DNA of 20,000 bases, taken from assembly GCA_030167865.1 (NCBI GenBank), contig JALAGF010001026.1, positions 45,279 to 65,278 on the forward strand, in the 5' to 3' direction. Position numbers and translations under genes: made by a program. Origin of the DNA: Craspedostauros australis. Lineage: Eukaryota. This document shows, piece after piece, positions 10,701-19,116 of the stretch. A model generated the notes under the pieces. The model searched no databases, was not told the DNA's origin, and saw only the letters and a program-made list of their open reading frames with translations. Numbering within the stretch: the first letter of the stretch is position 1; each line of letters starts with the position of its first letter.

Positions 10701-13075
10701 TACTGCGAGAACTTGGTGCGGAATTGATGCAAGTGCGATTTGGTCTTTTCGACGATCTTGATGGATTCCTCCGATTTCATCAACGACGCCTTGTAGGCGT
10801 TCTCGGCATGCGACAAGCTCTTTTCCGCGTTGGTCAAGAGCTTGGTCAGATCTGCGTTCTTCTTTTCGGCCTCCGCCATCTGGGCCTGTTCGTGTTCCCG
10901 GACAGCCTCGGATCGTTGCTTGGAGGCCGTGAGTTGGCCGGTGCGTAGATCGGTCATGACGCATCGCAAGTGGCCAGCATAGGATGTGGTGACGTCGCCG
11001 AAATCGAACTTCTTGTTGACGACGTCGGGTATTTCGCCGCATACGATGGCCTCGAGGGCTTCACGGGCTGTGATGCCCCATTCTAGGAAGGTGCGTTGTT
11101 CGGAGGACGAATTCTTGCTGCTGCTGTCCTTGTCGCTGTCGCTTTTGGATTTGCGTTGGCTGTCGTGATCGCTGGACTTGTCGGAGATGGTGGACATCCA
11201 GATGCCCTCGTTGTGTATTTCGACGGAGAGCTGTCGGTTGATCTGCGTCATGACATTTTTGCGGTGCTTGTGGCGTGCCGCCGATCCAGCTCGTTCATAC
11301 GGTGACTCTTCAAGCCACTGTGGCTCGGTCTTCAACGGGAGGGGTGGGCGTAGCGCGGCTTTGTCCTTCTCCTTGTTTTGTTCGCCATGTGCTGTCGTCG
11401 ATGACGTCGTCGACGATGAAGAAGTGGGCGTTGGTGCAGGCTTTGTGCCTGGTAGCTTTGATCCTGACGGTGTTGCAACATCAGTCGTTGATGTCGCAGT
11501 TGTTGCATCTGCTGCCCGGTGGTCGCTTTCTTCGGATGCCGGAGAATTCTCTTGAATGAGCCTCTTGAGGTTCTTACGGATCTTCTCCGTCTTATCGAGA
11601 TGCCATCGGATGTACCGCTGGCTGAGCTGCTGATAGCCCGTCTGCCGGCGATGCTTGGTGCTGATGCGACTGGCCTCTGCGTCCCGCAGCTTCTTTTCGC
11701 ATTGCTTGCGCAAGCGCTCCTGCGTGGTCTTGTAGTCATTCTCGCTGCGTTTCTTGAGCTCCTCGCTGCGGGCAGCGAACTCCTGCGCCTGCTGCTGTTG
11801 CTTGAGGCGGATACGACGCAGGCGCTGCTCCCATTCAGCGCTGGCCATCTGTTCGGTGAGACGGCGCTTGCGGGCCTGCTCGCGATGCAGCTGGAGCTGC
11901 TTTTGCGCCTCTTGGCTTTGGCGCTTTCGAAGGATCTGGATGGAGGAATTGATCTTGCTCTGGTTGCTGGCGACCTTGTCCTTGTAGTGCTGCAGGAGGG
12001 TGGCCTGGTCCTTCTTCTCTTCCGCGATGGTCTTCATCTTGTACATGTCGATGTTGCGGTCTGTGCTGATCTGGTGTTCCTTGCGCTGCTCGGCGATGAG
12101 CTGCTCGATGAGTTTGGTCCCCGCAACGCAATCCTTCTCGAGCTGCTGGAGCTTGGCCTCGTACGATTTCTTGCGCTGCGCCTTCTGAAACTCCAAGTGC
12201 GACGGATCCTGATCTTCGTGTGGTCTGTCGAAGAAGGCCAGGGAGGATTGGATCTCATCCTCCAGGCTTGGCACGTCACCAACCATGTTATCCGCCAGAT
12301 CGGGCAGCAGCAATCGGCACCGTTGGTTCGGCTTCCGTGGAGGTTGAGGTTGGGATTGCGAGTTCTTGGTGCTGTCGCCCTTGTCCTTGCTCTCGCTGGG
12401 CACCGTCAACTTGATCTTGATTTTGGATGCGGCCTTCCTCTTTGCTTTTGCTTTCGCTTTCTTCTTGAGTTGCTTCATCTTTTTGGACTTCTTCAAAATG
12501 AACGCGTTGAAGTCGGTATCATCATCGTCGTCACGATCAGCATGTTTCTCCATGGCATTATCCTCCTTGCTCGTACTCTCGCTCTTGTCCTTCTCGTAGT
12601 TGTGGCCACTGATGGCAGTGGTGTTGCCCGCAGCAGCAGTCGCAATGTGCTGAGCCTCCGGATTGTCGCTATCCGTGTCCTGTCGGTCTGCTTTGCTTGC
12701 CGAGCTGCCGCCTTGCGCATCGGGTGCGGGTCGATCTACCGCATGATCGCTATCCGTGAGATCGACGACGTGGTCATTGGCATTGATCTGCTTGTGGGCG
12801 CCGTTGTTGGTGTCACCTGCGGAGACGTTGGAGTTTGCCATACTCGCATCAGAGGCCTTCTTCCACGCGTCCGCAACAACGATTTCTGCCTCCTCAGATT
12901 TGTTCGTCGCCCCAACCACCTCAACGGGCTTGGCATCATCTTTGACAGCGCTCCCTTCCACGCCATCGACGTCCATCGCGTCGATCACAACGACGGAATC
13001 GTCATCCTTCGATGCCGGTGCATCTCCTTCGGATGCGGGCGCCATCTTGCCGTCCTTGATGTGCAAGGATGGCAT
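7787..13075 (-). CDS. Large hypothetical protein with long coiled coils and a glutamine-rich C-terminus; exons 13075-10690, 10471-9770, 9503-9264, ~9018-7787, ~1519 aa
   Basis: Four ORF-track segments join in frame through three phase-1 introns: 10689-10472 (GTGAGT..CCAG), 9769-9504 (GTAAGT..CCAG) and 9263-9019 (GTAAGT..GCAG; an alternative in-frame CAG lies 9 nt further on). The likely start is MPSLHIKDGK at 13075, because the upstream part of the ORF looks non-coding. No domain was recognised. Confidence 0.75.
7855..8355 (-). repeat. CAG/CAA trinucleotide tracts encoding polyglutamine in the last exon of the large protein
   Basis: (TGC/TGT)n runs on the + strand at ~7855-7912 and ~8160-8355 translate on the - strand as poly-Q runs. 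Confidence 0.85.
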
Positions 13076-13526
13076 GGTGGAGTATGTGCTCGACAAGCCA
13101 ACAGTGTGTCTGCTCCACGAGTACGCGCGATCTACGCGTGCTGTCGCTGCGTCGACATGAGTTTCGCGTTGTTTTTGGTGTCTCGTCTCATGCGATCGGC
13201 TAAGCTCGTGATTGATGCCAGAATTGAATCGCGAGCGAACGATTTGACACGTTCGACTTTCAAAGGTATCTTTGTGTGATTGCTTTTCGCGCCCACTTTT
13301 GTTGTTTTTCTTGGTTGCACATTTGCTTGCTTGCTTTCTTGCTTGCTGTCTTGCTTGTGCTGTGACAACGGTTGTGGATGTTCGAGGTGCGATACCATGA
13401 TCACATCTGAACGCGCTGCATTGTATTGCGTGCAACAGCTCAAGCGAAGTCTTCATTTCTTCGCCGCACTTGCATTGACCACACCTCCGACCTTCATTTG
13501 GCACAAGAAACACGCGCGAACAGAGC
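13076..13526. promoter_or_regulatory. Putative bidirectional promoter between two divergent genes
   Basis: 451 bp separate the - strand ATG at 13075 from the + strand ATG at 13527. Inferred from the gene arrangement. Confidence 0.45.
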
Positions 13527-14697
13527 ATGACGACTCCCCAACGGCCTGTGCTGTCCCTGCTGGAGAAGTACTCCTCGTTGCATGAAGGCATCACTCGGAC
13601 GCGGCAAGCAACGAACGAAGTCCGACTGCAGACGGAGGCTGCGAACTGCGCCATGCAACGCCTGCGCGAGGAGCATGCTCGTTGCGAATCGCAAGCCAAG
13701 ACGAACGACCAGCAACGGCACGCATCGCAAGAACAGACGGCGGCAACGCAAGGGCAGCTCCATGCCTTGCAACAGCAGCAGGCGGCGCTGCAGGAGGAAC
13801 ATCAGACTCTGCAATCACAGCGCGATCGATTTTGGCAGCACGTGCGGCAACATCGGCGCGACTTTCTGCAGGCCTCGCAATCCTTCCGCGGTCGCTGTCG
13901 ACGATTGCAGTTGCGTGCCGAGGTTGCGGGCATGCAAGGAAGCTCTGCCGCGCTCGTGGCGTATCGTCGCGCCCACGAGGCTGCGACGACAGAGCATATA
14001 CCCCCAACGGCGACGGAGCGGCAGCTGCAAGAATCGATTGCGGAAGCCACGCGACGCCGCGATGCAGCAGCCGCAACCACTACTCTCCACGACGATGTCA
14101 CCGAGCTGCATCAGCGCATGCAGCAGCAGATGCAGCGCAAGCAGGAGCGCAAACGACAATTGCAACGGCAGTTGCATCGTATTCGGCAGGATGTGTCCGA
14201 AATCCAGCAGCAGATCGCCGCCGTGCAGCACCAAACGAACGATGCCAAGAATCGGGTCCTCGACGTGAAGAAAGGTGAGATTCACTGTGCGGGGTTTTGG
14301 AGGATGCTTGCTGTACTCCAATCTACGAGCCGCGCTGCAAGTGCTCCGCAATCGCGACTGACACATGCTTGTTTCTGGTACTAATATTCACTCTTCTTCC
14401 TCGTATGCAGCAGCAGCAGCAGAACGACAACGTAACAAAGCGCAGAAGAAGCGAAATACCATTGTGAATCCGTACCACGCATCCAAGACGAGGAAGGCGA
14501 AGGTTGCGGTGCAACAATCGGTGGCACCGGATGAAACTCTATCCTCGCCACCGGTGCCCCGACGACTTCCGCGCCCGAGGGTGGACAAAGTTCGGTCATC
14601 TCGCCGATTTGGGTGGGACGCGCATGGCGTCAACGATCCCATTGTGGACAGCGACGATGAAGATGGGTTGCTGTCATTTGTTGGGTTGGGTCGTTGA
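13527..14697 (+). CDS. Hypothetical coiled-coil protein; exons 13527-14274 and 14411-14697, ~344 aa
   Basis: Q/R/E-rich heptad-like sequence. Phase-1 donor AG|GTGAGA at 14275, branch-like TACTAAT at 14379-14385, a pyrimidine tract, and a CAG acceptor at 14410 that joins in frame to the 14365..14697 ORF. The protein ends in an acidic tail (DSDDEDGLLSFVGLGR). Confidence 0.7.
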
Positions 14698-15102
14698 GGA
14701 GAAGTCAGGAGTGCTGTGCTGCGACGAACAGTGCTCTCAAGAGAGAGAGAGCACTAGAATAAGTGCGATGGGGATGAAGAAACAAAAACAGAGATGGTGT
14801 TCGTGCAAAATGAAACATGTGGTCTTTCTACTTTTGGGTGATGTGCTGGACTGCTGTTGGTGCTGCATGATACTTCGGCTCGCACCGCGTTTGGGCGTGT
14901 CACGGGGTGAAGGGACCCCTGCTGTCAAGTTTCATCCATCAAGCCTCAGTGCGATGTTCCTAAAATACCCGTTGTTGCGCAAGGTATTTGTTCTGTATTG
15001 CAACTGAATTGGAACTGTGTCGCAACGTTCCCAACACAAGCAGCCCTGAACGACGCAGCCTTCATCCATGCATGCGCCATATTCTATACGTCTTCACATG
15101 CA

Positions 15103-16623
15103 TCAAAGCTTCAGCTCCTTGACCTTCTCCCAGGTGAAGTCCGGATCATCGCGACCGAAATGACCGTACGCCGCGGTCTTGCGCATGATGGGCCGTCTCA
15201 GGTCGAGATCCCGGATGATGCCTCCGGGGCGCAGATCGAAATTCTTCTTGACGACCTCCACCAGGTCCGCGTCCGTCATACCTTCCTTCGTCGTGCTGTA
15301 GCTATCGACGAAGACGGAGATCGGATGGGTGATGCCAATGGCGTACGACAGCTGGACGAGCGCGCGGCGGCACAGACCGGCGGCCACCAGGGACTTGGCG
15401 ACCCATCGCGCGGCGTAGGCGGCGGATCGATCGACCTTGGTGGTGTCCTTGCCGGAGAAGGCGCCGCCGCCATGGGCACCCCATCCACCGTAGGTATCGA
15501 CGATAATCTTGCGGCCCGTGAGACCGGCATCGCCGTGCGGGCCTCCGATGACGAATCGGCCGCTGGGGTTGAAATGGAAGACGGTCTCGCTGTCCAGGTA
15601 CTTCTCCGGAACGACCGGCTTGATGACGTGCTCCCGAAGGTCTGCCGCGATCTGATCTTTGCTGACGCCCTCGGAATGCTGGCATGAAATGACGATGGTG
15701 TGGACTCGTTGCGGGACCGGCACGCCGTTCTCCAATCTGTACTCGCACGTGACCTGGGTCTTGGCATCGGGTCGGACCCAGTCGCATGTTCCATTCTTTC
15801 GCACTTCCGTGATTTTGGATCCCAGCTGCGTCGCCAGCTTGTGCGTGAGCGGCATGTAGGTGTCCGTCTCGTCCGTGGCGTAACCGAACATGATGCCCTG
15901 ATCTCCGGCTCCCAGATCCTCGATCTTTCCTGCATCCACCGATTGGGCGACGTCAGCAGACTGGTCGTCGATGGCCACAATGACGTTGCACGTTTTGTAA
16001 TCGAAGCCCTTGGCCGGGTCGTCGTAGCCAATGTCCTTGATGGCGTCGCGGATGACCTGCTCGTAATTGACGGTGGCGGACGAGGTGATCTCGCCGAAGA
16101 TCATGACCATTCCGGTCTTGCAGCACGTCTCGCATGCCACGCGGGACATCTCGTCGCCCGAAACGCATGCGTCCAGGATGGCATCAGAGACCTGATCGCA
16201 GATCTTGTCTGTGGTATTGCAGCGGTGAGTTTAGAGAGGAGTTTAGAGAGAAGTATCGAGGAGTATTGTGTGTTGTGAGTTGAGTGTTGTGCATTGCGTA
16301 CAATTTGATTGAGAGCAAGAGGGACGGTTCAGAGTCGCAGTTCGATTCTCCAGAAGTGGATTCGATTGGGAGAGGAGGACAGCAGGAAGAGCAGTGATGA
16401 GTGATGAACGATCATGGCAGAACAGTTGCTCGTGTCTGACACTTGTTGCGATGGCTTGGAGATGACCATGCCAAGTCCAAGCCTGTTCCTCGAGCGTTCG
16501 CTCAAATCCAGATGTGCATCTTGTGAACAGTCGTGATGCTGTCACGTCGATGGGTGCGGGCAGGGTTGACTGACCTGGGTGGCCTTCGTTCACCGACTCG
16601 GAGGTGAAGAGATAGGTCGACAT
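15103..16623 (-). CDS. MAT: S-adenosylmethionine synthetase, canonical eukaryotic MAT; exons 16623-16575 and 16208-15103, 384 aa
   Basis: Exon 1 encodes [16 protein letters not shown] plus one G. The phase-1 intron 16574-16209 (GTCAGT..CACAG) joins it to [15 protein letters not shown]. Signature motifs [50 protein letters not shown] and TAAYGHFGR are present. Canonical length with no MATX insertions. Confidence 0.97.
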
Positions 16624-16637
16624 GATTGATGAGCAAG

Positions 16638-16675
16638 GTAGAGTAGAGTAGAGTAGAGTAGAGTAAAGTAGAGTA
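16638..16675. repeat. (GTAGA)n pentanucleotide microsatellite immediately upstream of the MAT start codon
   Basis: About 7.5 units with one variant (GTAAA). It reads (TCTAC)n on the MAT strand and ends ~14 nt before the ATG. Confidence 0.85.
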
Positions 16676-16740
16676 CGCTGTGGGAAAGCAATCGTTGAAC
16701 TGCTTCTGATTCTCTGTCTTGTTTGTTGCGTTGCTTCCTA

Positions 16741-16778
16741 GTTGTGCCTAGCTCGTTAGTTGTTGTGCCTAGCTCGTT
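16741..16778. repeat. 17-bp direct repeat GTTGTGCCTAGCTCGTT (two copies, 21-bp period)
   Basis: Copies at 16741-16757 and 16762-16778. Confidence 0.85.
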
Positions 16779-17703
16779 GTTGTACATGTGGTCGTACTTG
16801 TATCATCGTTTGCCGCTTCGTCCAAACCGCAACGCGCCCGCAACAAGAAGACCAACGGCTGCTCCGCCATGGTCGCCACGTTTCGCTTTCCTTCTTCTGT
16901 TCGCCTCGTGTTGTTGCCCATTTTTCGCGCAGCGTTGTTGTCCGAAGGTTTCCGATGTTTGGATTTTTTGTTGTTGGATCTGTCGTGTTCGTGTTTGGAT
17001 AGCTCGAGTTCTCACTGCGAGGTCTGTGGTTCTCGCTCGCATGTCTGTGTCGATGTCTTTGTCTGCCTCGGAAACCAACATCCGTTGTTGTGTCGCACAG
17101 ACAAAGTGATAACAAAATGATGATGTTGGAAGAGGAACGTGACAATGGTAGACGGACATACGGACAGACCTATAGAGAACCAGCCCACCGCAATCCACGG
17201 GACTGGATGGAACGTTCGCATGCTCACCGCACAATTTTTTTGACGGAGATGCGCGGTGTGCGTGACGGCGGAATCTTTTTTGGGAAGCCGGTGACACAAC
17301 GACGCGAGTGCGGGGGTGGCACACGTTGAGAGATCCAAATTTGCCACCAGACAACACGCGTCTTCCGCCCACAATCGTCATTGTTGCCGCCACACGCGTT
17401 GACGCGCGTCCAAGTGTCTTCGTCTTTGGATCTTTCTCGCGACAGAACTCGTCGTCTCGTGCGCAGGGGTGCAGTTTGGCTGTGCATGCTCACCAACAAA
17501 CACCCAACAACCAACTGACAAGGCACCCAACGACCAACCAAATCGAAGAGCAAACAACCAAGAAATTCAACGCCCCTCGCACCAGGCGCAAAATCATTTT
17601 CTCGCCTCTATCAACAGCCTCATCATAAATTGCCCAAAGGAGCAAATCAAACGGAATCTCTCCCACTTTCAACCAACCCAAACAACCCAAACAACCATCC
17701 ACC

Positions 17704-19116
17704 ATGACAACCAAGGTCGCCGCCGAGGAACGCAACTTCCTTTTCTCCTCCGAGTCCGTGAACGAGGGCCACCCAGACAAGCTCTGCGACCAGGTCTCCG
17801 ATGCCGTCCTCGACGCCTGCCTGAAGGCCGACCCATACTCCAAGGTCGCCTGCGAGACCGCCACCAAGGACAACATGGTCATGGTCTTCGGTGAGATCAC
17901 CACCGCCGGAAAGATCGACTACGAGGCCATCGTGCGCGAGCAGGTCCGCGAGATCGGCTTCGACTCCTTCGTCGATGACCTCAGCTCCGTCACCTCCAAG
18001 GGTCTCTCCTGCGACTCCTGCGAGGTCCTCGTCCGCATCAACAAGCAGTCCCCAGACATCGCCGGAGGAGTCCACGTCGGCAAGTCCGAGCTCGACGTCG
18101 GCGCCGGTGACCAGGGTATTATGTTCGGATACGCCTCCGACGAGACCGACAACTGCATGCCGCTCACCCACCTCATGGCCACCATGCTCGGAAAGCGCCT
18201 CACGGACGTCCGAAAGGACGGCTCCCTCTGGTGGCTCCGCCCAGACGGAAAGACCCAGGTCACCATCGAGTACACCCAGCACGCCGATGGATCCGTCACA
18301 CCAATCAAGATCCACACCGTCGTCATCTCCACCCAGCACGCCGAGCCATCCAAGGCCAAGAGAACCGAGGAGCAGAACGGAAAGGACAACCGCGAGACCT
18401 ACACCGGCGACGAGGTCATCGCCCCAACCATGGAGGAGATGAACGACCTCATCCACGAGCACGTCATCGTCGCCACCCTCAAGTCCATCAAGCTCAAGAG
18501 CGGAGAGACCGCCATGTCCATCTACAGCAAGGACACCTGCAACCTCCACATCAACCCATCCGGAAAGTTCATCATCGGAGGACCACAGGGAGACGCCGGA
18601 CTCACCGGCCGCAAGATCATCATCGACACCTACGGTGGATGGGGTGCCCACGGAGGCGGCGCCTTCTCCGGAAAGGACCCAACCAAGGTCGACCGATCCG
18701 CCGCCTACGCATGCCGATGGATGGCCAAGTCCGTCGTCAAGGCCGGACTCTGCAAGCGCGCCTGCGTCCAGCTCTCCTACGCCATCGGTGTGGCCAAGCC
18801 ACTCAGTCTCTTCGTCGAGACCTACGGAACCGAGAAGGAAGGCCTCACCGCCAAGCTCATCACCGACATCGTCAAGATCAACTTCGATGCCCGCCCAGGT
18901 GCCCTCGCCCGCGACCTCAACCTCCGCGAGCCAAAGTACAACAAGACCGCCGCCTACTGCCATTTCGGCCGCGAGCCATTTGAGGAGAACGGCATGAAGT
19001 TCTTCTCCTGGGAGGATCCAATCGACCTCACCAAGTACGCCTCCATGGCCAGCGCCGACCTCGACAAGGAGGTTGCCGACAAGAAGGAGGAGATCCTCAC
19101 CAAGTGGGTGGACTAA
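17704..19116 (+). CDS. MATX: S-adenosylmethionine synthetase, divergent MATX type, intronless, 470 aa
   Basis: All MAT motifs are present ([37 protein letters not shown]). It also has insertions absent from the neighbouring [68 protein letters not shown], and an extended C-terminus ([19 protein letters not shown]...KWVD). These match the insertion pattern that defines MATX. Very strong C-ending/GGA/CCA codon bias. Confidence 0.93.
   Translation: MTTKVAAEERNFLFSSESVNEGHPDKLCDQVSDAVLDACLKADPYSKVACETATKDNMVMVFGEITTAGKIDYEAIVREQVREIGFDSFVDDLSSVTSKGLSCDSCEVLVRINKQSPDIAGGVHVGKSELDVGAGDQGIMFGYASDETDNCMPLTHLMATMLGKRLTDVRKDGSLWWLRPDGKTQVTIEYTQHADGSVTPIKIHTVVISTQHAEPSKAKRTEEQNGKDNRETYTGDEVIAPTMEEMNDLIHEHVIVATLKSIKLKSGETAMSIYSKDTCNLHINPSGKFIIGGPQGDAGLTGRKIIIDTYGGWGAHGGGAFSGKDPTKVDRSAAYACRWMAKSVVKAGLCKRACVQLSYAIGVAKPLSLFVETYGTEKEGLTAKLITDIVKINFDARPGALARDLNLREPKYNKTAAYCHFGREPFEENGMKFFSWEDPIDLTKYASMASADLDKEVADKKEEILTKWVD

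Larger units (their letters stand above)
16624..17703. promoter_or_regulatory. Divergent intergenic region / putative shared promoter of MAT and MATX
   Basis: 1080 bp between the two ATGs with no credible CDS. CAA-rich leader-like tracts point outward on both strands (TTG/GTT-rich on + toward MAT, CAAC-rich toward MATX). Confidence 0.6.

Noticed and set aside
11519-13279. 586-aa Leu-rich + strand ORF
   Set aside because: Antisense shadow of the K/Q/E-rich coiled-coil exon, with no independent coding signal.
13076-13699. N-terminal ~208 aa of the 1005-aa ORF as coding
   Set aside because: It overlaps the divergent gene starting at 13527 and has Cys/Arg-rich, non-coding-like composition. ATG 13075 is the more plausible start.
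16394-16439. GTGATGA...CTGA resembling C/D snoRNA boxes
   Set aside because: It is antisense to the host MAT intron, too short (~46 nt), and has no terminal stem or recognisable guide.
6833-19116. One-carbon metabolism cluster (GcvH-like + MAT + MATX)
   Set aside because: The H-like protein lacks the lipoyl motif and is separated from MAT by two unrelated genes. Nothing beyond proximity supports a cluster.
15103-19116. Recent inverted duplication or pseudogene status for either SAM synthetase
   Set aside because: The proteins differ by large indels and many substitutions, and both have intact frames and catalytic motifs.
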